Positions 47,146-56,794 are shown, counted from the first letter of the stretch. The stretch: 64,000 nucleotides of DNA from a bacterium (GCA_963674595.2 CAXXFV010000017.1:32001-96000), one strand, 5' to 3'. Notes: a model not told the origin generated them from the letters alone. Program-made: numbers and translations.

Positions 47146-49887
47146 ATGAAAGATGAAAACAAAACAAAAAAACAACTCTTAGAAGAGATTAAAGAGTTAA
47201 AAAAAATAGTTAATCACCTGGAAAATCAGGTTAAATCAAAACGTTTTTCACTTGATAATCCTGTTACCAAAATGCTGCATCAAACAGGACTTACCCTGTC
47301 CCAGATGAGCCCTGATGATAATCTTTACAAATATATCGCTGAACAGATGCAAGCACAATTCCCTCAGGCGGCTGTCTGCTTAATTTCTGTAAAGAATGAA
47401 TTCCCTCTAAATGAGATCAATCTGTCTGCACAAATCGAATATTTCCTTTATAACAATGAAAAAATAGATAAAGGGCTTTATTTAAATATTTCCCAAAAAG
47501 CCCATGATTTGTTTTTGAAAAGTCAATTTCGCACCATTAGTCCGGATAAACATTTCTTCCCGGATTTAGTGGATGAAATTCAAGCCCTGGCTCAAATTGA
47601 TTTTCCCCTGGATCGTTCTTTATATTGCGGACTGGCTATTGATCAAAAAGTTGACGGTGTCTTGTTTCTTTTTCTTAAAGATGAGTTAAATGAAGAACAG
47701 CAAAAAATTTTAAAATTATTTATTAAACAATCTTCTTTTTTCCTTAACCGGCAGCAAAATGCCAAAAGTCTGAAAGAACATGACTATCGGTTTAAAACAT
47801 TAGTCGAATCCATCAATGCCATTCCCTATCAGATTGATTTAAAAAGCGGACGGTTTATATACATCGGCAAGCAGGCCGAACAGGTATTGGGATACCCGAT
47901 AGAATCATGGGTGGATATTTCTGTTTTGGAAAATCGAATTCATAAGGATGATATAGATATTGTAACACAACTTGCAAGGTCATCCATAATCCAGGGTAAA
48001 AATCTTGATGTTGAATACAGGATTATAAAACAAGACAGCAGTATTATATGGATACGTAATATTGTTACCATACTTGAAAAGGAAAATATCCGAGAACTCG
48101 TCGGTTTTATGATGGATATAACAAATCGTAAAATCTGGGAAAGTGAAATTGAAAGAAGAGACAAGCTTCTACACACAATTACTGATAATTTACCGAATTC
48201 TTTTCTTTCTATCATTAATAAAGATTGCCGTATTCTGTATACGGCAGGAAAAAATAATACAAAAAAGAAAATCAAGTTTGAAAATTTTATAGGAAAGAAA
48301 GTTGATGACGTCATGAAGGATTTTGGTTCAGATATTTTATTGACGATTAAGGATGCCTATGCCGGAACATTTGAAGGTGAGAATCACATTTTTGAAGTGC
48401 AACTCAATGAACGACACACCTTGTTTAAAACAGTCCCTTTGAAAAATGATCATGGTGAAATTGATAAAATAATGGTTTTGGTTGAAGATATTACGCAGCG
48501 GAAAAAAACCGAACTGGCCTTGGAGGAAAGTGAAAATCAACTGCGCACGCTTATAAACGCCATGCCCGATGCAATATGTTTTAAAGATGGTGACGGCAGA
48601 TGGCTGCAGTCGAATGATTATAATCTTGACCTTTTTCAGATCGAGGGTGTTGATTATCACGGCAAAAAAGATTCGGAATTGGCACGCTACAGCTCTTTTT
48701 ACCATGATGCTTTGCTGATGTGTGAAAAATCAAATGAGGAAGCCTGGGCAAAGGGAACTAAAACCCGTATTGAGGAAGTCATACCCCGTCCGGATGGCAG
48801 CACACTGGTTTTTGATGTCATCAAGGTCCCGACATTTCATAAAGATGGAAGCCGAAAGGGCCTTGTAGTTGTTGCGCGTGACATTACAGAACGAATTGAG
48901 GCGGAAAAGGAAGCACAGCGGTGGGCACAGGTTTTTACCCATGCGGAATGGGGCATTGTTATAGGTACTACAGAAAAAGGTATATTGGATAATATGAATC
49001 CTGCTTATGCAAAAATGCATGGTTATACAATTGATGATTTAAAAGGAAAACCGGTTCATACCGTGTTTACAAAAGAAGCAAGCGAAAAACTGATGGATCA
49101 TATTAAAACAGCCCACGACAAAGGGCACCATACTTTTGAAGCCGACCATGTTCGTAAAGACGGCACTATTTTTCCGGCAATTAATGATGTTACCGTTGTA
49201 AAAGATAAAAATAATAACATTCTATATAGAATTATAAACGTGCAGGATATAACAAAGCGGAAAATAATTGAGGATATGGTCAAGGCCTCTCTGGAGGAAA
49301 AAGAAGTACTGCTTAAAGAAATTCACCATCGGGTAAAAAATAATCTGCAAATAATAATCAGCCTGCTTAACCTGCAATCCAAACAAATTACAGACAGTTT
49401 GGCGCTGGAAGCTTTTCAAATCAGCAAAGCACGTGTTTACTCTATGGCGCTGGTCCATGAACAACTCTACAAATCTGCCAATTTTTCAAGCATTAAAATG
49501 AAAAGCTATACTCAAACTTTAATAATGGAACTTGTTCAGTCATACCAGGTTGAGCAGCAGGTTTCAGTTCATTCTTATATTAAAAATATAAATCTTGCAA
49601 TTGATAATGCCATACCCTGTGGTTTAATATTAAATGAACTATTGTCAAACGCTTTTAAACATGCTTTTCCTGGTAATAAAAAAGGAAAAATAAACATTAT
49701 GCTTGATAAATCGGATGGAAAAACAACTTTAACAGTTCAGGACAATGGCGTTGGAATTCCGGCAGATGTTGATATTATGAATACAACTTCTTTGGGGCTG
49801 CAAATGGTCCGGGTCCTGGCCAATCAGATAGGGGGCAATTGTCATATTGATTCTTCTAATGGAACGAATGTGCGTATTGAGTTTTAA
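47146..49887 (+). CDS. Cytoplasmic multi-PAS sensor histidine kinase (HisKA_2/HWE type)
   Basis: About four PAS/PAC units (DIT.RK ends); EIHHRVKNNLQ; NELLSNAFKHAF; DNGVG; SLGL. No response regulator adjacent. Confidence 0.92.
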   Translation: MKDENKTKKQLLEEIKELKKIVNHLENQVKSKRFSLDNPVTKMLHQTGLTLSQMSPDDNLYKYIAEQMQAQFPQAAVCLISVKNEFPLNEINLSAQIEYFLYNNEKIDKGLYLNISQKAHDLFLKSQFRTISPDKHFFPDLVDEIQALAQIDFPLDRSLYCGLAIDQKVDGVLFLFLKDELNEEQQKILKLFIKQSSFFLNRQQNAKSLKEHDYRFKTLVESINAIPYQIDLKSGRFIYIGKQAEQVLGYPIESWVDISVLENRIHKDDIDIVTQLARSSIIQGKNLDVEYRIIKQDSSIIWIRNIVTILEKENIRELVGFMMDITNRKIWESEIERRDKLLHTITDNLPNSFLSIINKDCRILYTAGKNNTKKKIKFENFIGKKVDDVMKDFGSDILLTIKDAYAGTFEGENHIFEVQLNERHTLFKTVPLKNDHGEIDKIMVLVEDITQRKKTELALEESENQLRTLINAMPDAICFKDGDGRWLQSNDYNLDLFQIEGVDYHGKKDSELARYSSFYHDALLMCEKSNEEAWAKGTKTRIEEVIPRPDGSTLVFDVIKVPTFHKDGSRKGLVVVARDITERIEAEKEAQRWAQVFTHAEWGIVIGTTEKGILDNMNPAYAKMHGYTIDDLKGKPVHTVFTKEASEKLMDHIKTAHDKGHHTFEADHVRKDGTIFPAINDVTVVKDKNNNILYRIINVQDITKRKIIEDMVKASLEEKEVLLKEIHHRVKNNLQIIISLLNLQSKQITDSLALEAFQISKARVYSMALVHEQLYKSANFSSIKMKSYTQTLIMELVQSYQVEQQVSVHSYIKNINLAIDNAIPCGLILNELLSNAFKHAFPGNKKGKINIMLDKSDGKTTLTVQDNGVGIPADVDIMNTTSLGLQMVRVLANQIGGNCHIDSSNGTNVRIEF

Positions 49888-50117
49888 AAAGTTTTAACTT
49901 TCCATCTTGCCGAATTTAATTGAGTTTTGATAGTTTTGTCATCAATATTTCCTCTTGCTTCTTGCCGAAAAATAATTAAATTATATTATACCATACATTC
50001 ATAAAGGGAATACGAATAATATTTGTTATTTTTATAATGTGTAAATTAAAAGTATGTTATAAAAATTAAAAAATATAATCGGTCGTTTGTGAAATAATTA
50101 ATAAAGGAGAATGGACA

Positions 50118-50576
50118 ATGAAAAAATATTTGATCTTTTGTCCGCTTTTTTTGTTTTCCTTTTGCCAAAAAGATATTAATACACCAAGTGTTTCTGATCA
50201 ATGGGCCAGGGTTTCCGTAGACAAAATGGCAGACGATTTTGGGAATAAAGACAATACCATCACACATGATGAACTGGAACTTGTGGACAACTATTTCCGG
50301 ACCAATAAACAGGCGTGGTTTATTACAATTCGTTTTCAAACGGAGGATGATATTATAATGGCTGAAAATATTACAAATAATTTTGTGCCCACCAGTCATC
50401 CTTACAAGTCGTTTGCTGAATTAAAAAATGCCTATAAAGGGACAAATATCAAAACACCTGTTGTAGGAATTTGCTGCATTGTTAAAGAAAATGATTTCTA
50501 TGTAGCACACGTTTACCATTGCCCCGGTCCCTCTGTTGATAAAGGTCCCTGGGAGAAATTGCATATTGTGAATTAA
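50118..50576 (+). CDS. Hypothetical exported protein or lipoprotein
   Basis: AAGGAG RBS; MKKYL...FSFC signal; no family recognised. Confidence 0.65.
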   Translation: MKKYLIFCPLFLFSFCQKDINTPSVSDQWARVSVDKMADDFGNKDNTITHDELELVDNYFRTNKQAWFITIRFQTEDDIIMAENITNNFVPTSHPYKSFAELKNAYKGTNIKTPVVGICCIVKENDFYVAHVYHCPGPSVDKGPWEKLHIVN

Positions 50577-50636
50577 TTTTTAGCATAAAAAGCCGGTTAT
50601 TTGACTATCAACAGGACAAGGTTTTGCATGGTGAAT

Positions 50637-52055
50637 CGTAGTGACAGACCCCAGTGTCTGTCCCGATACGGTCAATCACAGGGGATTGCCCCTACAGTTC
50701 ATCATAAAAATCGTAGGGACAGACCCCCGTGTCTGTCCAGATGCGGTCAATCACAGGGGATTGCCCCTACATTTGATTATAAAAATCGTAGGGACAGACC
50801 CCAGTGTTTGTCCAGATGCGGTCAATCACAGGAGATTGCCCCTACAGTTCATCATAAAATCCGTAGGGCCAGACCCCCGTGTCTGTCCTGACATGGGTCA
50901 ATCACAGGGGATTGCCCCTACAGTTCATCATATAAATCGTAGGGCCAGACCCCCGTGTCTGTCCTGAGATTGGGCAATCACAGGGAATTGCCATTACATT
51001 TGATTATAAAACCCGTAGGGCCAGACCACCGTGTTTGACCAGATAGGGGTCAATCACAGGGAATTGCCATTACATTTGATTATTAAATCCGTAGGGACAG
51101 ACCCCTGTGTTTGACCAGATACGGGCAATCACAGGGAATTGCCATTACATTTGATTATTAAATCCGTAGGGACAGACCCCTGTGTTTGACCAGATACGGG
51201 CAATCACAGGGGATTGCCATTACATTTGATTATTAAATCCGTAGGGACAGACCCCTGTGTCTGTCCTGAGATTGGGCAATCACAGGGAATTGCCATTACA
51301 TTTGATTATAAAACCCGTAGGGCCAGACCCCCGTGTCTGTCCTGAGATTGGGCAATCACAGGGAATTGCCATTACATTTGATTATTAAAACCGTAGGGCC
51401 AGACCACCATGTTTGACCTGATACGGGTCAATCACAGGAGATTGCCATTACATTTGATTATTAAAACCGTAGGGCCAGCCCCCGTGTTTGTCCTGACATG
51501 GGTCAATCACAGGGCATTGCCCCTACATTCATTCTTAAAAATTGTTGGGACATCCCCCCGTGTTTGACATGATACTGGTCAATCACAGGGAATTGCCATT
51601 ACATTTGATTATTAAAACCGTAGGGCCAGACCACCGTGTTTGACCAGATAGGGGTCAATCACAGGGGATTGCCCCTACATTTGATTATAAAAATCGTAGG
51701 GACAGAACCCCGTGTTTGACCAGATACGGTCAATCACAGGGGATTGCCATTACATTTGATTATTAAAACCGTAGGGCCAGACCACCATGTTTGACCTGAT
51801 ACGGGTCAATCACAGGAGATTGCCATTACATTTGATTATTAAATCCGTAGGGACAGACCCCTGTGTCTGTCCTGAGATTGGTCAATCACAGGGGATTGCA
51901 ATTTCATTTGATTATAAACCCGTAGGGGCAGACTCCCGTGTCTGTCCCGATACGGTCAATCACAGGGGATTGCCCCTACAGTTCATCATAAAAATCGTAG
52001 GGACAGACCCCCGTGTCTGTCCTGACAACAGGCCATAAGAGTAGATTGCCCTGTA
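50637..52055. repeat. Tandem array 1: 19 units of 75-76 bp, each an inverted pair of GTAG-family REP hairpins (BIME-like)
   Basis: Unit starts at 50638, 50713, 50788, 50863, 50939 ... 51922, 51997. Unit = GTAG-GGACAGAC-ccccgt-GTCTGTCC + 6-7 nt + GGKCAATC-acaggg-GATTGCCC-CTAC + AT-rich spacer. Last B element is degenerate (52031-52055). Confidence 0.93.
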
Positions 52056-52083
52056 TGAATAAAGTAAAATATCAAGAATTTTA

Positions 52084-52122
52084 TTGTTTTTTGATAATTA
52101 TGTCCGTACTATATAACGTACG
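52084..52122 (+). promoter_or_regulatory. yefM-yoeB promoter and operator
   Basis: TTGTTT(52084)-N17-TACTAT(52107); GTAC cores at 52106 and 52118, 12 bp apart. Confidence 0.65.
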
Positions 52123-52141
52123 TATTGATAGGAGATATATG

Positions 52142-52384
52142 ATGAAAACAATTAGCGTAACAAAAGCACGAACAAACCTGTATAAACTGATCGATGAAAC
52201 ATCCGATATTCATGAGCCGATTCAAATTACCGGTAAACGTTCAAACGCTGTTTTGATATCTGAAGATGATTGGCGGTCCATACAGGAAACATTACATTTG
52301 CTGTCCATTCCGGGAATGCGCGAGTCTATCGTAAGTGGACTTGAAACTCCTGTTGATGAATGTTCCGAGGAACTCGAATGGTGA
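52142..52384 (+). CDS. yefM: Phd/YefM family antitoxin
   Basis: MKTISVTKARTNLYKLID...EPIQITGKRSNAVLISEDDW.SIQETL.L; AGGAG RBS. Confidence 0.93.
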   Translation: MKTISVTKARTNLYKLIDETSDIHEPIQITGKRSNAVLISEDDWRSIQETLHLLSIPGMRESIVSGLETPVDECSEELEW

Positions 52385-52644
52385 AATGGAAACTGGTTTA
52401 TACGAAACAAGCCCAAAAAGACGCAAAAAAAATTAAATCTTGTGGTCTAAAATCAAATGTTGTCGAACTGTTAAAGATTTTGGAAAGAGATCCCTTCCAA
52501 ACGCCCCCTCCTTATGAAAAACTTGTTGGTGATTTGACTGGAATATGTTCGCGACGAATAAATATCCAACATCGGCTTGTCTACCAGGTTTTAAAAGATG
52601 AAAAAATCGTTAAAATAATCCGTATGTGGACGCACTATGAATAA
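52378..52644 (+). CDS. yoeB: Txe/YoeB family toxin
   Basis: PPYEKLVGDL.G..SRRINIQHRLVY...MWTHYE; overlaps antitoxin stop. Confidence 0.95.
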   Translation: MVKWKLVYTKQAQKDAKKIKSCGLKSNVVELLKILERDPFQTPPPYEKLVGDLTGICSRRINIQHRLVYQVLKDEKIVKIIRMWTHYE

Positions 52645-53311
52645 TAAAAAATCCACAACAAAACATATTTTTTCATTTTTTATACCAAAATATGACGAGT
52701 TGTCAACTTTTTTAATCATCTTTACTCTGGCGCTATTGCTGCTTTTTGATGGTGAATGCAGAGATCAAATCTTTTCCTATTACCGAATACCCATTTTTTC
52801 AGGCGGTTTTGACGACTTTCAAGCGTTTTTAATAGAACTTGGTTTTTTATTTGTAGTTACATTTCTACTAGTACTTGGTTTACTGATTTCACTCTTTCAT
52901 ATATATATGCCGGGTAAAAAAGGGAAAATTAGTCAATTTTGTATGAAATTTTTAGCGCTGACCATCAGCGGTTATGCCGGAATTCAAAGCGGTATTTACG
53001 TTATTCAAAATGAATTGTATACGTATTTTTTCCTTCCCTTGTGGAATATCCTTATCGGAGTATTTTTTATTTATAGTACGGCTTTTATAGACAAAGTTCC
53101 CTTCGACCAAAGAGATGCAACGCCCTCGCAGGTAAAATATAGCCTTTTTATTGTTTTTATGGTATTTTTTATGCTTTATTTTGTCAGACACGAGTATTGG
53201 GCAATTGTCTTTTCTATTTGTGTCAGTTATGCTTTTTGTTTAAATAATGCTGTTCTCAATGGAACCGAATCCTTGAAAACAAAGTTAAAAAATAAGGAAA
53301 TTTTGTGTTAA
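52637..53311 (+). CDS. Hypothetical multi-TM membrane protein
   Basis: About six hydrophobic segments; ATG overlaps the yoeB end; AT-rich. Confidence 0.75.
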   Translation: MNNKKSTTKHIFSFFIPKYDELSTFLIIFTLALLLLFDGECRDQIFSYYRIPIFSGGFDDFQAFLIELGFLFVVTFLLVLGLLISLFHIYMPGKKGKISQFCMKFLALTISGYAGIQSGIYVIQNELYTYFFLPLWNILIGVFFIYSTAFIDKVPFDQRDATPSQVKYSLFIVFMVFFMLYFVRHEYWAIVFSICVSYAFCLNNAVLNGTESLKTKLKNKEILC

Positions 53312-53336
53312 GAAATAAATTGATTAAAATTAAATC

Positions 53337-54762
53337 CGTAGGGACTGACCCCCGTGTCTGTCCTGAAACGGGGCAATCACAGGGGATTGCCCCTACAGTT
53401 CATCATAAAATCCGTAGGGCCAGACCCCCGTGTCTGTCCCGATACGGTCAATCACAGGGGATTGCCCCTACAGTTCATCATAAAATCCGTAGGGCCAGAC
53501 CCCCGTGTCTGTCCTGACATGGGTCAATCACAGGGGATTGCCCCTACAGTTCATCATAAAAATCGTAGTGACAGACCCCCGTGTCTGTCCTGACATGGGT
53601 CAATCACAGGGGATTGCCCCTACAGTTCATCATAAAAATCGTAGTGACAGACCCCCGTGTCTGTCCTGAGATTGGGCAATCACAGGGGATTGCCATTACA
53701 GTTCATCATAAAATCCGTAGGGACAGACCCCCGTGTCTGTCCTGAAACGGGGCAATCACAGGGGATTGCCCCTACAGTTCATCATAAAATCCGTAGGGCC
53801 AGACCCCCGTGTCTGTCCCGATACGGTCAATCACAGGAGATTTCCATTACATTTGATTATAAAAACCATAGGGACAGATCCCCGTGTCTGTCCGAATACG
53901 GGGCAATCACAGGGCATTGCCCCTACAGTTCATCATAAAATCCGTAGGGACAGACCCCCGTGTCTGTCCTGAGATTGGGCAATCACAGGGAATTGCCATT
54001 ACATTTGATTATTAAAACCATAGGGACATCCCCCTGTGTCTGTCCTGACATGGGTCAATCACAGGGGATTGCCCCTACAGTTCATCATAAAATCCGTAGG
54101 GCCAGACCCCCGTGTCTGTCCTGACATGGGTGAATCACAGGGGATTGCCCCTACAGTTCATCATAAAATCCGTAGGGACAGACCCCCGTGTCTGTCCTGA
54201 AACGGGGCAATCACAGGGGATTGCCCCTACAGTTCATCATAAAATCCGTAGGGCCAGACCCCCGTGTCTGTCCTGACATGGGTCAATCACAGGGGATTGC
54301 CCCTACAGTTCATCATAAAAATCGTAGTGACAGACCCCCGTGTCTGTCCTGACATGGGTCAATCACAGGGGATTGCCCCTACAGTTCATCATAAAAATCG
54401 TAGTGACAGACCCCCGTGTCTGTCCTGAGATTGGGCAATCACAGGGGATTGCCATTACATTTGATTATTAAAACCATAGGGACATCCCCCTGTGTCTGTC
54501 CTGACATGGGTCAATCACAGGTAATCGCCCTAACAATTTATTATAAAAACCGTAGGGCCAGACCCCCGTGTCTGTCCCGATACGGTCAATCACAGGAGAT
54601 TTCCATTACATTTGATTATAAAAACCATAGGGACAGATCCCCGTGTCTGTCCGAATACGGGGCAATCACAGGGCATTGCCCCTACAGTTCATCATAAAAT
54701 CCGTAGGGACAGACCCCCGTGTCTGTCCTGAGATTGGGCAATCACAGGGGATTGCACCTACA
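53337..54762. repeat. Tandem array 2: 19 units of 75-76 bp of the same REP doublet, same orientation as array 1
   Basis: Unit starts at 53338, 53414, 53489, 53565, 53641 ... 54627, 54703; internal 759-bp higher-order similarity. Confidence 0.93.
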
Positions 54763-54866
54763 ATTCATTATTGATTCTATGGCAAAATATATTTCCAATG
54801 AGCGGAAATATACGTATATTGTCACGAACTGTTTGATATTTTTAACATTTAAATAACGATTCTGAA

Positions 54867-55322
54867 ATGAAAATTCTGGTTGACGCTGACGCCTGCCCGG
54901 TGGCGGTTAAAGACATTTTGATTAAAACTTCAAAACGGCTGGATTTGCAACTGATTTTTGTTGCAAATCAATTTATGCGGCTGCCCAAGTCAGACCTTAT
55001 TCAATGTATTGTTGTACCGAATGAACCGGACAAAGCCGACGATCATATCTGTGATATCATGCAGGCAGACGATCTGGTTATTTCCGCAGATATTCCTCTG
55101 GCGGACCGGGTCATTAAAAAAGACGGTGTGGTGCTGGATCCCAGAGGATCCCTGCTGACCAAAGATAATATCGGCGAACGACTGTCCATGCGAAACCTGA
55201 TGGACGAGCTGCGCTCTTCCGGCATTGAAACCGGCGGGCCCCGGTCCTATGGAAAAAGGGAACGGCAGGATTTTGTTAATCAACTGGACCGGTTTTTAAC
55301 CAAAGTTTTGAAAAACAGATGA
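54867..55322 (+). CDS. yaiI: YaiI/YqxD (UPF0178) family protein
   Basis: ILVDADACP, DKADD.I, VISADIPLA, RNLMDELRSSG..TGGP. Confidence 0.92.
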   Translation: MKILVDADACPVAVKDILIKTSKRLDLQLIFVANQFMRLPKSDLIQCIVVPNEPDKADDHICDIMQADDLVISADIPLADRVIKKDGVVLDPRGSLLTKDNIGERLSMRNLMDELRSSGIETGGPRSYGKRERQDFVNQLDRFLTKVLKNR

Positions 55323-55381
55323 TTCATAAAATGTCAATGTCAGGATCATATTCAAAAATATATTTAAGAAAGTAACATTAC

Positions 55382-55591
55382 ATGGATGGCAAATTTCGTG
55401 AAAATATACGTCCCGGTTTGCCGGTGGCGATTGTATTAAAAAAAGACCAGCGTTCCGGCAAGCTCACAGAGGGAATTGTTAAAGACATTTTAACCAAAGT
55501 TCCAAAACATCATCGCGGTATAAAGGTAAGGCTTGAAAACGGTGACATCGGCCGTGTGCAGCAGATTTTACAAACACCGGATGAGGGATAG
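55382..55591 (+). CDS. ywbE: YwbE (DUF2196) family protein
   Basis: IVLKKDQRSGKLT.G.VKDILT....H.RGIKVRL..G.IGRV. Confidence 0.9.
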   Translation: MDGKFRENIRPGLPVAIVLKKDQRSGKLTEGIVKDILTKVPKHHRGIKVRLENGDIGRVQQILQTPDEG

Positions 55592-55705
55592 ACGGATTTT
55601 ATAATTGTTTAAGGGATTTCGGGGACAGACCGTTTTACGTTTGATTTGTAAAATATTTTATCTATGTTTTATTATCCGGAAAATGAATATTGACAGGAGA
55701 ATCTA

Positions 55706-56794
55706 ATGATAAAACTGCTCAAGATATGTGCAATCCCAAGTCTGCTCTTTTTGATATTGTCCTGTACGAATGACGAAAATAAAACATGGCTGCAGATAGA
55801 CAACACCATCTATGGCGCCAAACCCGATTCCCTTGGTCCAATCGGCGGCGGAATCGGCTATAAAAATATTATTACGAACGGCGATTACGTTGTGGACTGT
55901 CTGGATTCATTGGTCAGTGCCCTTTCCAAAGCAACATCCGGACAGGTTGTTTTTATCCCCGGTGAAACGGAAATAGACATGACGTCTTTAATATATATTG
56001 AAAAACTGGTCCTGCATATACCGGAAGGCGTTACCCTGGCAGGAGACCGGGGACATGATGGATCACAGGGTGCCATTCTTACCAGCGACGCTCTTGATAC
56101 CCCGGCCATGATGACGGCAGATGGACCTGATGTTCGTATTACCGGTCTGCGCATTCAGGGACCGAACCCCAAACGTTATCTGGACCATCATCGCCGCGCT
56201 TTTGGTGAAGGCGGCGCCAGGCATGCATATTATTACAAGTTTCCCACATCTGACGGAATCGTTACCGTAGATGATCAGCTTACGGTTGATAATTGTGATA
56301 TTTCCGGTTTTGCTCACAGCGGCATCTGTTTGCGCGCGGGAAAAGGACACCATATTCACCACAACTTTATTCATCATTGTCAATATAACGGCCTGGGATA
56401 CGGCATTTCCCATAGTATTGCTTCGTCACTCATTGAATACAATTTGTTTAACTGGAACCGGCATTCTATTGCCGGTACGGGGAGTCCCGGCTGCGGTTAT
56501 ATTGCCAGGCATAATATAGAGATTGGCGAATCATTGAGTCACTGTTTTGATATGCACGGAGGCCGGGACAGAAAGGATGGGACCGACATTGCCGGTACAT
56601 TTTTAGAAATTTATAACAATTCCTTTTTTGCAAACCAAACACCGGTCGTTATTCGCGGTGTTCCTCAGGAAACCTGTGAGGTCCATCATAACTGGTTTGC
56701 CGGATACGCTGATGTCAATAAAGCGGTAAAAGCATCTGCAAAGACACATGTTTATGATAATGCCTATGGCGAGGAAAATGTCACGGTAAAATGA
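55706..56794 (+). CDS. Lipoprotein with right-handed parallel beta-helix (pectin-lyase-like)
   Basis: Lipobox ILSC; VRITGLRI.G, VDNCDISGF, IHHNFIHH, IEYN.F, FDMHG repeats. Confidence 0.75.
   Translation: MIKLLKICAIPSLLFLILSCTNDENKTWLQIDNTIYGAKPDSLGPIGGGIGYKNIITNGDYVVDCLDSLVSALSKATSGQVVFIPGETEIDMTSLIYIEKLVLHIPEGVTLAGDRGHDGSQGAILTSDALDTPAMMTADGPDVRITGLRIQGPNPKRYLDHHRRAFGEGGARHAYYYKFPTSDGIVTVDDQLTVDNCDISGFAHSGICLRAGKGHHIHHNFIHHCQYNGLGYGISHSIASSLIEYNLFNWNRHSIAGTGSPGCGYIARHNIEIGESLSHCFDMHGGRDRKDGTDIAGTFLEIYNNSFFANQTPVVIRGVPQETCEVHHNWFAGYADVNKAVKASAKTHVYDNAYGEENVTVK

Noticed and set aside
50637-52055. Type III TA antitoxin RNA array or integron attC sites
   Set aside because: The toxin is YoeB with its own protein antitoxin, not ToxN/CptN/TenpN. 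The units are tandem, lack RYYYAAC/GTTRRRY ends, and no integrase is seen.
52013-52141. N-terminal extension of the antitoxin ORF in the ORF track
   Set aside because: It begins inside the repeat and spans the promoter. The RBS and family length support a start at 52142.
50601-54697. ORFs within the arrays (VGTDPRVCP / GQSQGIAPT peptides)
   Set aside because: They are translations of the REP unit in shifting frames. The 76-bp period is not a multiple of 3 and there is no RBS.
50637-54762. CRISPR array
   Set aside because: There are no unique spacers: the variable parts are 6-7 nt linkers reused many times and the whole 75-76 bp unit repeats. No cas genes are in the window.
55621-55631. GGGACAGACC resembling a solitary REP A
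   Set aside because: There is no GTAG foot and no complementary arm; the match is too short.
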